Shown here piece by piece: positions 30,887-40,001 of a stretch of DNA of 56,952 bases. Location of the stretch: assembly GCA_964608515.1 (NCBI GenBank), contig CAZSNS010000003.1, forward strand, positions 11,360 to 68,311, in the 5' to 3' direction. Position 1 is the stretch's first letter; each line of letters starts with the position of its first letter. The stretch is from Candidatus Hadarchaeota archaeon (lineage in GTDB: Archaea; Hadarchaeota; Hadarchaeia; Hadarchaeales; JAGGTB01). The translations under genes and the position numbers were made by a program. The notes beneath the pieces were generated by a model. It did no database searches, was not told the DNA's origin, and saw nothing but the letters and a program-made list of their open reading frames with translations.

Positions 30887-31978
30887 TCAAAATTTGCTTT
30901 TATTTTCCATTTTTTTTATGAATTTTTTTTCCGAGAATTCCTTGGCTCTTTTTTTGCACTCTTTAGAACTAAATTTTGAAGGATCAAATTCTTTCAGGTA
31001 TTTTACAAAATTCTGTACATAAGGTTTTTCTATTAGAAAACCGGTTTTTCCGTCCAGAATTGTTTCCTTAAACCCTCCTTCTTTAACAGCTAAAGCGGGT
31101 TTACCGCTAGCCATAGCTTCTATAGGAACGATTCCGAAGTCCTCATTTTTGGATGTTTGAATAACCGCTTTACATTTAGAGTAAAGGTCTATCAGTTTTT
31201 TTTCATTTACTTGTTTTATCCATTTTACGTTCTCTAGTTTTTCTACTTTTTTTCTGATTTTTCTTTTGTAGTTCTCGTTTTCATAATCTCCGATCATTAT
31301 CAGATTTTCATCTTCCAGTTTTTCGAAAATTTTTAACTGAAGTTCAATTCTCTTTTCTGGACTGGGTCTTTGAATGCTGAGAAAATAATCTTCGGGTTGT
31401 TTGTGGATAAATTTCTCTATTTTGACAGGGGGATTTACTACAGTAGCTTCTCTTCCGTAGAATTTTTTCACTCTTCTCTTAACTTGCCTAGAATTCGTTA
31501 CTATCCGGTTAGGAAGCTCAGCAGCGTAAGTGTCAAACATTCTCCAAATTTTCCACCAAGGAACCGCCAAACCTCTAGCAATCGGACCGTGTTTTTCTTC
31601 CAGGTATTCTAATACGAATTTCTTTAAGTCATAGAGAAACCTTGGAGGGGTATGGCAATACCAAATTGTTTTTTTACCTTTGCTGAAGTGGCCTAATTTG
31701 CCGCTGGTGAAGACTAAGTCATAGTCAGAAAGGTCGAGTGTTAGAAATCTTAACATGCCGCTGAGGTGGTAAAAGGGATAGCTCCAAGGGATGAGATCTT
31801 CTTTCAGTTTTATTGATGTTAGTTCTTTTATGTTCACATTTTTTACGTTTTCGAATGTGTTTTCAGAATCGAATTGTAAGGTGAATATATCTGCATCGAA
31901 TGCTTTTGCTAGTGAGATAACGACTCGTTCTGCTCCGCCCCTAACGTCTAATCTGTCATGTACAACAGCAACTTTCAT
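30887..31978 (-). CDS. GT4-family (GT-B fold) glycosyltransferase
   Basis: MKVAVVHD..GGAERVV at the N-terminus and EDFGIVPIEAMASGKPALAVKEGGFKETI (E-x7-E region). Confidence 0.9.
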   Translation of the reverse strand: MKVAVVHDRLDVRGGAERVVISLAKAFDADIFTLQFDSENTFENVKNVNIKELTSIKLKEDLIPWSYPFYHLSGMLRFLTLDLSDYDLVFTSGKLGHFSKGKKTIWYCHTPPRFLYDLKKFVLEYLEEKHGPIARGLAVPWWKIWRMFDTYAAELPNRIVTNSRQVKRRVKKFYGREATVVNPPVKIEKFIHKQPEDYFLSIQRPSPEKRIELQLKIFEKLEDENLIMIGDYENENYKRKIRKKVEKLENVKWIKQVNEKKLIDLYSKCKAVIQTSKNEDFGIVPIEAMASGKPALAVKEGGFKETILDGKTGFLIEKPYVQNFVKYLKEFDPSKFSSKECKKRAKEFSEKKFIKKMENKSKF

Positions 31979-32062
31979 TCTATTTCCTTATTGTAAGTTT
32001 ATTGGTTTTGTGAAATAAATTTGGAAAGGAGGTTCTATTGGTTGGGTTTTGGAAGACGCTTG

Positions 32063-33040
32063 TTAGATGAGTTTTTTGACTCTTTGAAAAATGGTTATGA
32101 GGAATTTGTAGTTTGAAACACTTGTTAGGAGAATTAAAGATAAGTAAGGAGTGTATTTGAAAAATAAAATTACTGAAAAACAAAATTGTATGATTCCGAA
32201 CATTCCGATATTAATGAAATCCGCGTATATCAAAGGAACTTTGTATTTCTCTCTTATTTCCGGATTAATTTTCGGATGGATTAGATATAGTATTGTCAGG
32301 GGGATTAGAACTATAAAAAAATACTCTACCTTTAAAACAAAAAAGGTTGAGAGGATGAAAAAAAGAGATACTGGGATGAGGGATGCTTTCTTCAAAATTT
32401 TTTCGGTTTTCTCCAATCCATATTTTACTGCTAATGTTTTCACTTCAGTTTTCTTATCGGTTTGATAATCTTCAATAATTTGATGATTTACAAGATCAAC
32501 GAAGCAAATCGTCCAATAAAGAACAGAGAATATCAAGACATCGACTCCGAAATATCCCAGAAAAGTGATTATGAGTAAAAAAAGAGTAAGTTCTGAAAAA
32601 CTATTTGCTATCGGGCCCCAAATTCCTTTTTCTTTAAACCTGAATTTTGGGTGGGAGTAAAGTATAGCGGATAGGATGCCTAGTAAGTGAAGTATTATGA
32701 AACTTCCAAGCAGTCTCCATGTTATATAGAGTGAAATAGCTATTGATATTGATAGGATCGTTATTCCTTCGTTTTTAGAGAATCTTGTAATTCCGGTATT
32801 TTTGCCTGCTTTTAGATCGAGTTTTTTATCGTAAAGATCATTTAGAGTCGTTCCCCAGAAGAATGAGAGTCCAAGTCCGACTAGTAATATGAGAAAATTG
32901 ATTAAGAAGTTGAAGTTGAATTTTTCTTGTACTAATATGATGTAGTAGCTTACTGGTAAGAGCCAGCTTAGTCTTTTGAATAAAAAAAAGCTCCAGCCTC
33001 TTAAATTAAATATTTTTTTAAGAATTTTGAACTCCTCACA
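32063..33040 (-). CDS. UbiA-family prenyltransferase-like membrane protein; start codon unresolved
   Basis: The frame is open from 33040 (just after TGA 33043-33041) to stop 32063. The unlisted N-terminal part reads ...LLVGLGLSFFWGTTLNDLYDKKLDLKAGKN (NDxxDxxxD). There is no in-frame ATG/GTG/TTG before the listed TTG at 32536. ATGATG at 33044-33039 is out of frame with the long ORF by one nucleotide. Confidence 0.6.
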   Translation of the reverse strand, partial: CEEFKILKKIFNLRGWSFFLFKRLSWLLPVSYYIILVQEKFNFNFLINFLILLVGLGLSFFWGTTLNDLYDKKLDLKAGKNTGITRFSKNEGITILSISIAISLYITWRLLGSFIILHLLGILSAILYSHPKFRFKEKGIWGPIANSFSELTLFLLIITFLGYFGVDVLIFSVLYWTICFVDLVNHQIIEDYQTDKKTEVKTLAVKYGLEKTEKILKKASLIPVSLFFILSTFFVLKVEYFFIVLIPLTILYLIHPKINPEIREKYKVPLIYADFINIGMFGIIQFCFSVILFFKYTPYLSLILLTSVSNYKFLITIFQRVKKLI

Positions 33041-33289
33041 TCATTTTATTTATTCTTACCGGAATTTTAGGTTAAAAATTGCGAAATAATCTTAAGTTTT
33101 CCAAAAAAATTAAAATCTTGTAAGAATTCGAAGATAATATTTTTCGGTTTGTTATATCTTTAGGGGGTATAAAGTTTTAATTTTAGTTTTAAAGCAAATA
33201 TTTTCATTTATTTAGAGGAAGGTAAATTTTTTGCTTTTTTCCTCCACTGATTTTTATTAAAGGTCCATCTAATAATTGGTACTGAGAAT

Positions 33290-34051
33290 ATGTTTCGGGA
33301 GAAAAATAACTATCATGAAAAAGGAAGTAGAGGAGTGAGTGCCACTAGTGTGATAGTGTCCATATTAATAGTGATAGCTGCAGTAATAGGTGGAGCGTAT
33401 TTAATATTTTTGAGAGAAGACATTGAGGAAGGAAATGGATCTGGGAACTCTCCTGATCAAGATGGAGGGGGTGATGGAGGAACCTTTTCAAATACTTTTC
33501 CTTCCCAAATTGGGCAAGAACTAATATACGAGTCTTCGGGTGGAGCCGTTTTCTCGGTTGAGGTTACTGGGGAAAATGCTGTTTTAGGAAAGGATACTTT
33601 CCGGGTGAGGGCAGGTTTCGGTAAAAAAGAGGCTTTCGTTTATGTAGGTAAAAAAGGCAATGTTTGGCGGTATGAGACCACTAATGATCAATACTATGTT
33701 ATTAATCATGATACTGGCAAGTATTTCAAATCTACAGGAGAAAATGGGGAATTTCAAGGAAATCAACTTATTGGCCCCACTCCGTATATAGGGGCTTGGT
33801 GGAAGAACAAAACTTTATCTGTCGGTAAGACATTTAATGTATCTAGCTGTTCTATTGAAACTCAATGTTCGGATAGTATGACGGTCGAATCTAGTGAAAA
33901 TATTACTGTACCAGCCGGAGAGTTTGAAACTTATAAAATAAAAGAGTCCGCAAGTAATTCTTTTATATATGTGGATAAGGATACGGGTGTTTTAATAAAA
34001 ATAGAAAGTTCTGAAAAAGAATTATATTTGAAAAATATAACAGGATTGTAA
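33290..34051 (+). CDS. Signal-anchored extracellular protein, unknown family
   Basis: N-terminal TM VIVSILIVIAAVIGGAYLIFL, a Gly/Asp linker, then a ~190-aa probably beta-rich domain. Confidence 0.5.
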   Translation: MFREKNNYHEKGSRGVSATSVIVSILIVIAAVIGGAYLIFLREDIEEGNGSGNSPDQDGGGDGGTFSNTFPSQIGQELIYESSGGAVFSVEVTGENAVLGKDTFRVRAGFGKKEAFVYVGKKGNVWRYETTNDQYYVINHDTGKYFKSTGENGEFQGNQLIGPTPYIGAWWKNKTLSVGKTFNVSSCSIETQCSDSMTVESSENITVPAGEFETYKIKESASNSFIYVDKDTGVLIKIESSEKELYLKNITGL

Positions 34052-34217
34052 CTTCGAATTAGCATAAAATAAGTTCTAATTAACTGTCTATTCTCTTTTC
34101 TTAGCAAAGTAGCAACGAAACAAGACTATTGTCCGAATTCTTAAGAACCCAGAAAAAAATTGTTTTACCCACCGGGGAAAGAATGTTTAAAATGATAGGG
34201 GAGACAAAATTTACTTC

Positions 34218-35999
34218 ATGAAAAAAGAGATTATGATTGTAGTTTGTGCTTTTTCCCTACTTTTCCTTTTTTCCGCTAATCTTACAGCTGCTTCAGTTGA
34301 GGAGAATGATTGGTCGATGTATCGTCATGATGTCCAACATATGGGGTTTGTGGAAGATTTTGCGCCTAGTGAGGGTAATCCGATTTGGGGGTTTGAGGCT
34401 GGGGATGTTATTTCGTCTTCTCCAGCAGTTTCTGATGGGAAGGTGTATTTTGCTTCTCATGACGGTAATTTGTATGCTTTAGATGCTGAAACTGGTGAGC
34501 GGGTTTGGTCAAGTTCTATTGGTGATTGGGGTGGGTTTGAATTTCCTTCCACTGGTATGGGGGATCGGCTTCTCTCTTCTCCAGCAATTAAGGATGAAAA
34601 GGTGTATGTTGGGTCGTGGAATGGTAAAGTTTATGCCTTTAGTGCAGAAGATGGTGCTAAAATATGGTCTTATCAGACGGGAAAAGTGGGGAAAAATGGT
34701 ATAGTTTTTTCTCTATCAAGCATTTTGGAAAAGGCTTATTCAAAATTAGGTAAATTGGGAATTTATATTTTACAATTATTATTTTTCGTTTCAGCGACTT
34801 TTTTACTATTATTTTTAATTTTGAAACGCTTTGGTGTTTTTTCAAGGAAAGGTTTGGTTTTATTGTTTTTTGTCGTATTGTTTTTTGTTTTAGGTTTTCT
34901 CCCCTCGATCGTTTCAACAACTACTCAGAGAAGCGAAAATACGGTTTTTTCAGATACACGTGTTGATTCGTCTCCTGTTGTTGCTGATGGTCGGGTTTTT
35001 GTCGGATCTAGGGATAATCGGGTATATGCGTTGGATGCTGGTTCTGGTGAGGAGGTTTGGACGTTTGAGACAGGTGATATACTAACTTCTTCCCCTGCTT
35101 TTTGGAATGGGAATGTGTATTTCGGTTCTCGGGACGATAAAGTTTACTCTTTAGAGGCGGAGAGTGGAGATTTAAACTGGTCTTTCAAAACAGGCGATTT
35201 AGTCCATTCATCTCCCACAGTAAAAGATGGCACGGTTTATGTAGGTTCTAGAGATGGTACAGTTTATGCTCTTGATGCCTCTTCAGGAGAAAAGATATGG
35301 GGTAAAAAAATGCCCGATGTTGGTGGAAGAAAATTTGTTAATTCCTCGCCAGCGATTTGGGATAATAAGGTTTATGTCGGCTGTTATAATTATTACGTAT
35401 ACGCTTTGGATTCTGAAAACGGTAGTATCTTGTGGGATTATAAAACGAATTATAGAGTTGGTTATTCATCTCCTGCCGTAGCTGATGGCAAAGTTTTCAT
35501 AGGTTCATACGACGGGTCATATTATGCTCTTGATGCTAGGAAGGGGGTGGAGATATGGACTTTTAACACGATAGGTGGTGAAGACGATCCTGGTTATGTG
35601 GTTACTTCTCCAGCTATTTCTGATAATACGGTTTATGTATCTTCCTCGGTATGGGAATTGGATGATTCCCATCTTTACGCTTTAGGATCTCCAGTTGATA
35701 TAAATATAGAAAATCTCAAATTAAGTTCTTCAAAAGTTTCAGCAAATGAATCGGTACCAGTGGAAGCAGATATCAAGAATATTACTGAATCATCTGGTAG
35801 AAGAGCCGTTATTTTGAAAGTTACTGTTCCAGGCGTGCTCGGGCATGCTTTAGGGGAAGAGGTAATATCAAAAAATCTCTATTTTGAACCTGGAGAAAGT
35901 AAGAACGTCGAGTTTGAATTTAGTATTGGTAAAGATGGAAGTTATAAGGTGAAGCTTGGAGATTTGTTTAAGGGCTTGGATGTTGTAGAAAAAAATTAA
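34218..35999 (+). CDS. PQQ-like beta-propeller repeat protein with a C-terminal CARDB-like domain and an internal two-helix hydrophobic insert
   Basis: Repeated DGKVYFASHDGNLYALDAETGERVWS-type blades (about 10). Signal peptide present. Insert at about 34690-34930. The C-terminus ...VEADIKNITESSGRRAVILKV...FEPGESKNVEFEF is CARDB-like. Confidence 0.85.
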   Translation: MKKEIMIVVCAFSLLFLFSANLTAASVEENDWSMYRHDVQHMGFVEDFAPSEGNPIWGFEAGDVISSSPAVSDGKVYFASHDGNLYALDAETGERVWSSSIGDWGGFEFPSTGMGDRLLSSPAIKDEKVYVGSWNGKVYAFSAEDGAKIWSYQTGKVGKNGIVFSLSSILEKAYSKLGKLGIYILQLLFFVSATFLLLFLILKRFGVFSRKGLVLLFFVVLFFVLGFLPSIVSTTTQRSENTVFSDTRVDSSPVVADGRVFVGSRDNRVYALDAGSGEEVWTFETGDILTSSPAFWNGNVYFGSRDDKVYSLEAESGDLNWSFKTGDLVHSSPTVKDGTVYVGSRDGTVYALDASSGEKIWGKKMPDVGGRKFVNSSPAIWDNKVYVGCYNYYVYALDSENGSILWDYKTNYRVGYSSPAVADGKVFIGSYDGSYYALDARKGVEIWTFNTIGGEDDPGYVVTSPAISDNTVYVSSSVWELDDSHLYALGSPVDINIENLKLSSSKVSANESVPVEADIKNITESSGRRAVILKVTVPGVLGHALGEEVISKNLYFEPGESKNVEFEFSIGKDGSYKVKLGDLFKGLDVVEKN

Positions 36000-36085
36000 T
36001 ACCCTTAAAAGTATGTTGGGTAGTCTTCTTTTTAATTTTCGGTTAAGAGTTGTTGTAAAGGCAATGAGAAGGATTATTTTTCAGA

Positions 36086-37933
36086 ATGTACATTGTAAAT
36101 GGTAAAAAGGTAATGGAAAATATCATGTTGTCAAAGAGAAAAAAAATTTTAACAGCCGCTTCATTCCTAATCACAATCTTCCTTATTAGCACTATCTTTG
36201 TTTCCTCGGCTTATGCGGCCGATGATTGGGAAGCTAGGTCGTCAATTCGTATTACTGGTGATGGTGAGTTTACAGAGGCTCAGGGAGTTGTTTCTGGTTC
36301 AGGGACTGTTGATGATCCTTACGTTATTAGTGGTTGGAAGATTGGTTCTGAGGATGGTCCTGGCATTTTGATAAAAAATACTAGAGAGTATTTTGTGATT
36401 GAGAATAATTTAATCGAAAATGCTGGTGTGAGAGGGGATGGTTTTGATAATTATTATGGTGTTCGTCTTGAAAATGTGAAAAATGCTGAACTAAAAAATA
36501 ATTTGATTAGATTTAATTTTGGCGGAGTAGCTCTTGATAATTCCTCTAAAATTTCTCTGACAAGGAATGATATTGAATCGAATTATATAGGGGGGGTAGT
36601 GGGTTACTCAGCAAGGAAGAGCAATTTTCATAATAATGAGATTTTGCGAAATGGGCTTGTTGGTATTACTACATTTTTTTCGGAGAATAATAGGATAATT
36701 AATAATACTATTGCGAGAAATGGGAACAAAATATATGAAAAAATTATAAATGTTGAAAATCCTTCGGAAAAATACCGAGCGGTTCATTCAGGAGTTTTTC
36801 TTCTTGCTTCTCAACATACACTTGTGAAAAATAATATCATAAGTTCAAATCAAGGTTATGGAATTGGTATTTCTTCATACAGTTTTCTCCAAGGAAATCT
36901 TGTAGTGAGTAATAATATTTTTGCCAACGAAGACTATGGAGCTTATTTTGCGTCTAGAACTCAGAAAAATGTAATTCATCACAATAACTTTAGAAATAAT
37001 GGGGGGGAGAATTCACAAGCATATGATAATGGCGTTAATCAATGGGATAACGGATATCCTTCCGGAGGGAATTATTGGGGTGATTACCCGGGTCAGGACC
37101 AAAAAAATGGGGAAAATCAAAATCTTTCCGGAAGCGATGGGATTGGAGATAGTTCATATAATATTGATGGATCGGGAAATAAAGACAGTTATCCTTTGAT
37201 GAAAAGTACTTCAAAAAAATATTCCTTGACTCTAATTACGGAACCGGAAAATGCAGGTACGGTTTCTGGAGCCGGATCTTATTACGAAGGCGAAAGTGTA
37301 CTTATCGAGGCTCAGCCTAAACCCTCATACGAATTTGATTATTGGTCTGGCGATTTATCGGGTTCGAGAAACCCACGAGAAATATTGATAGATTCGGATA
37401 AAACTGTGGTTGCTCATTTTTTCAGGACGAAAAAAAGTAAAATAATTCCTGTTTCTGGCGGAACTATAGAAATCAAAAAAGCCAAGATAAGTATTCCGGC
37501 TGGAGCACTTAAGGACGAAACCAAAATAACCATGGAAAGAGTTAGTGAGATTTCTCCAAAAGGTCTCAAACTTATTGGTCCAGGTTTTGTTTTTTCTCCA
37601 GAAAATCTAAATTCAGATTTGCCGATTCAGATTACATTGCCATATGATGATAGTTTAATTCCGAACGGGGGGGTTGAGGATAATTCAAGGATTTATAAAT
37701 TCGATTCAGATTGGTATTCTGTTGGTGGTATGGTACGGAGTGAAAATAATACTGTAACTGTCTCAGTGGAAAATCTCGGTAAATTTGGAGTTTTTATTGA
37801 TATTTCTGAACCAGAGAACGGTGATAACGGTGATAGTTATTCTCTTCTTTACATTTTTGTAGGATTTTTATCTCTTGTTTTTTTGACGTTGATTATCTTT
37901 TTAGTTTACAGTTGGAAGTTTTCCGGGCAATGA
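36086..37933 (+). CDS. Right-handed parallel beta-helix (NosD/PbH1-repeat) surface protein with an InlB-B-repeat-like domain and a C-terminal TM anchor
   Basis: Signal peptide ...SSAYA. PbH1-type turns IENNLIENAG..., LKNNLIRFNFGGVALDNSSKISLTRNDIESN and NIISSNQGYGIGI. YSLTLITEPENAGTVSGAGSYYEGESVLIEAQPKPSYEFDYWSGD is the B-repeat-like part. C-terminal LLYIFVGFLSLVFLTLIIFLVY is the anchor. Confidence 0.8.
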   Translation: MYIVNGKKVMENIMLSKRKKILTAASFLITIFLISTIFVSSAYAADDWEARSSIRITGDGEFTEAQGVVSGSGTVDDPYVISGWKIGSEDGPGILIKNTREYFVIENNLIENAGVRGDGFDNYYGVRLENVKNAELKNNLIRFNFGGVALDNSSKISLTRNDIESNYIGGVVGYSARKSNFHNNEILRNGLVGITTFFSENNRIINNTIARNGNKIYEKIINVENPSEKYRAVHSGVFLLASQHTLVKNNIISSNQGYGIGISSYSFLQGNLVVSNNIFANEDYGAYFASRTQKNVIHHNNFRNNGGENSQAYDNGVNQWDNGYPSGGNYWGDYPGQDQKNGENQNLSGSDGIGDSSYNIDGSGNKDSYPLMKSTSKKYSLTLITEPENAGTVSGAGSYYEGESVLIEAQPKPSYEFDYWSGDLSGSRNPREILIDSDKTVVAHFFRTKKSKIIPVSGGTIEIKKAKISIPAGALKDETKITMERVSEISPKGLKLIGPGFVFSPENLNSDLPIQITLPYDDSLIPNGGVEDNSRIYKFDSDWYSVGGMVRSENNTVTVSVENLGKFGVFIDISEPENGDNGDSYSLLYIFVGFLSLVFLTLIIFLVYSWKFSGQ

Positions 37934-38110
37934 ATTTTTGATAGGTGCTATCACTTTCTTTTTGATTTTATTCCATTGCATTTGTGTTTTCTCTTGTGTA
38001 CTTTTTTCTTTTTCATCAACTTTAGTGATAACTTAAGTGAATAAGTTTATATGACTATATAACGAGTTCTGCGAAAGGTTTAAATACCTTTAATGGAATA
38101 ATAATTACCA

Positions 38111-38140
38111 GACCTGAGTTGGGACCGAACGGGACTGGAC
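38111..38140 (-). repeat. GC-rich motif copy A (inverted orientation)
   Basis: + strand gacctgagttgggaccgaacgggactggac; reverse complement gtccagtcccgttcggtcccaactcaggtc. Confidence 0.75.
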
Positions 38141-38184
38141 ATCCCATTACTAATAGGTGCATAAGGACCTTAATGGACGAGCAC

Positions 38185-38196
38185 CCTGAGCTGGGA
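38185..38196 (-). repeat. GC-rich motif half-site B
   Basis: cctgagctggga is the reverse complement of tcccagctcagg. Confidence 0.5.
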
Positions 38197-38404
38197 AAGA
38201 AGAAAATAGTAGTGTGAAGTGCATTGGTATAGAATGAAGAGCACGGATCGAGAATGAAATAGGATAATAGAGTCCTTGCAAAGAAAATTAAGAAAATTAT
38301 GAAAATAATAAAGGATTTAGGAGAATATAATTATGGAAAATGAACTTTTTTTGAAAATATCGGATTCTTTTCAATTTTCATTTATAAAGGGGTTTATAAA
38401 TAAG

Positions 38405-38428
38405 TCCCTGAGTTGGGACCTTTTTGGG
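38405..38428 (-). repeat. GC-rich motif copy C (inverted orientation, first arm degenerate)
   Basis: tccctgagttgggacctttttggg; reverse complement cccaaaaaggtcccaactcaggga. Confidence 0.65.
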
Positions 38429-38533
38429 TAATACCTTATGTTTTAAAAACTTTATAAGTACACTTATAAGTATTAACAACCATTAACGGTGTTAGTGAAG
38501 CTTTATTAGGGATAATTCACACCAAATGTACAT

Positions 38534-38567
38534 GGTCCAGTCCAAAATAGGGTCCCAGCCCAGGTGT
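38534..38567 (+). repeat. GC-rich motif copy D, overlapping the GTG start of 38564..39931
   Basis: ggtccagtccaaaatagggtcccagcccaggtgt. Confidence 0.75.
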
Positions 38568-39931
38568 GCTTATTGCAAACATCTTCAGATGAAAGTATCC
38601 ATAATGGAGATTATACTCAATCGAGAAAAGGAATTAAAGAATCAGCAGGTGGTGGGTTTGGCAAAAAGGGAAATTCTGCTCAAACTACTCTTTCTATACT
38701 ATTGGTTTTTCTCACACTTATCTCTGCAGTTACAGGTATCTTGATATCGGTACCTTTTGCTAGTTCTTCAGAGACAGTATTTGAAGAAGTTAGTTATACT
38801 TGGAGTCAGGAAGACTCAGAGGATTTTGAGAGAGGAACTTTAGATAATGTCTCTATAGAAGGATCGGATTCAAATTCTCAAATAGTTTTGAATGTTTCTG
38901 AGTCTTCAACTGCTCAGGAAAGTGGTACAGATGTACCTTTTAGAGTTCAAGGCGATATATCCGCGGTTGGGAGTTGCGCTATAAAAGGTATAGGAGGGGT
39001 TAAATCTTCTCGCAACAAGGGTAAGAGGAGTTTCGGAAAAAAATTGTCTAATCCTGTGAAACCAAATCGGATCAGTTTCTATATTCGTCCGATGGATGTT
39101 GCAAAGGAGATGAGAACTAGTTTCCAAGGAGCTGGGGAGAGGGAAGGTCCTGTTATAACAACTAAAATAGAGAGGGGGGGTTATACTTCGTCCGGGTTTA
39201 TAATGGCGGATGATGGTACGGTAGGAGGAGTGGCTGTAACTAATTATGGTTCTCAATGGACTAAAGTTACTCTAGAGAATATTGATTTTTCTACTCATAC
39301 TTATGACTTGGTTTTGGAAGGTTTAGAGTACGGGATTACTAACTCTGTTTCCGATATTAAATTCAAGCAGAATATAAATAATATTTCCTCAGTGCGTTTG
39401 ACTGTGGGTTCTGAGTCAGTGTCTTATTGGGATTGTATGAAGATGGATGGAGCTTCTGTCTTCGATTTGAGCGGGCCAAGGAAGCTTATTTCGGATCTTC
39501 AGGCTGGTTCGGAGATGGAGGTTGCGGGTACATTTGTATCTCCTGTTTTTGATACTTACCAGAATGTTGGTGATGGCGAGGTAAAGAATGTTGAATATGA
39601 TGAATTGGAATGGTATGGTAGCGGTCTTGATGATATTAGAATTCAGATTGCTTACTCTGAGAATGGTTCGGATTGGAGTGGTTTTGTGGGGCCTGATGGT
39701 ACCGGTCAGACTTATTATCACGATTCTTCACCTTATTCCCATAAGGCCACAAGGTCTGTTGGTGGGCGTGGTGGGTATAGGTATGTGAAATACAAAGTTT
39801 ACTTCTTGAATTCCGAGGAAGCTCCGAGACTGGATGGAGTTGAGATATCTTATACAATTACTAAATCAGACTCACCAACTGGTGAAAGAGGGACGGTGAC
39901 ATATCGTTATGAGGTTTCACAATCCGATTGA
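38564..39931 (+). CDS. Secreted or anchored protein, unknown family, ending in the shared ~95-110-aa module
   Basis: Charged N-terminus, then the hydrophobic stretch TTLSILLVFLTLISAVTGILISVPFASS. The C-terminus GTFVSPVFDTYQNVGDG...IRIQIAYSENGSDWSGFVGPDGTG...GGYRYVKYKVYFLNSEEAPRLDGVEISYT resembles giant-ORF modules. No in-frame ATG exists, so the start is GTG 38564 or TTG 38573. Confidence 0.65.
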   Translation: MCLLQTSSDESIHNGDYTQSRKGIKESAGGGFGKKGNSAQTTLSILLVFLTLISAVTGILISVPFASSSETVFEEVSYTWSQEDSEDFERGTLDNVSIEGSDSNSQIVLNVSESSTAQESGTDVPFRVQGDISAVGSCAIKGIGGVKSSRNKGKRSFGKKLSNPVKPNRISFYIRPMDVAKEMRTSFQGAGEREGPVITTKIERGGYTSSGFIMADDGTVGGVAVTNYGSQWTKVTLENIDFSTHTYDLVLEGLEYGITNSVSDIKFKQNINNISSVRLTVGSESVSYWDCMKMDGASVFDLSGPRKLISDLQAGSEMEVAGTFVSPVFDTYQNVGDGEVKNVEYDELEWYGSGLDDIRIQIAYSENGSDWSGFVGPDGTGQTYYHDSSPYSHKATRSVGGRGGYRYVKYKVYFLNSEEAPRLDGVEISYTITKSDSPTGERGTVTYRYEVSQSD

Positions 39932-39963
39932 GATAGAATCGGTTAGGATTAGTTAGGATTCAA

Positions 39964-39996
39964 GGTCCAGTCCCAAAAAAAGGTCCAACTCAGGTC
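39964..39996 (+). repeat. GC-rich motif copy E, ending 5 nt before ATG 40002 of the giant ORF
   Basis: ggtccagtcccaaaaaaaggtccaactcaggtc. Confidence 0.75.
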
Positions 39997-40001
39997 ATAA
40001 A

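Noticed and set aside
31980-32465. ORFs 31980..32183 (-) and 32151..32465 (+).
   Set aside because: The first is a short AT-rich ORF in the spacer between GT4 and the UbiA gene. The second is antisense to the UbiA ORF.
34246-35481. Off-frame + ORFs (34246.., 34483.., 35254..) and a minus ORF (34657..34920) inside the PQQ propeller gene.
   Set aside because: The main frame carries about 10 recognisable propeller blades. The alternatives are Leu/Met/Arg-rich translations of the same repeats.
38101-38210. A GC-rich patch in the 630-nt ORF-free region, considered as a possible tRNA or other structured RNA.
   Set aside because: There is no acceptor-stem complementarity, no GTTCRANYC-type T-loop and no cloverleaf that I could fold by eye. 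The GC-richness is explained by the repeated motif copies.
38526-38744. A 72-aa ATG-initiated ORF overlapping the 5' end of 38564..39931 in another frame.
   Set aside because: It is short and ends inside the longer ORF. The longer frame encodes a proper charged-then-hydrophobic signal anchor and continues for 455 aa. It could matter only if a frameshift is present, and I cannot test that.
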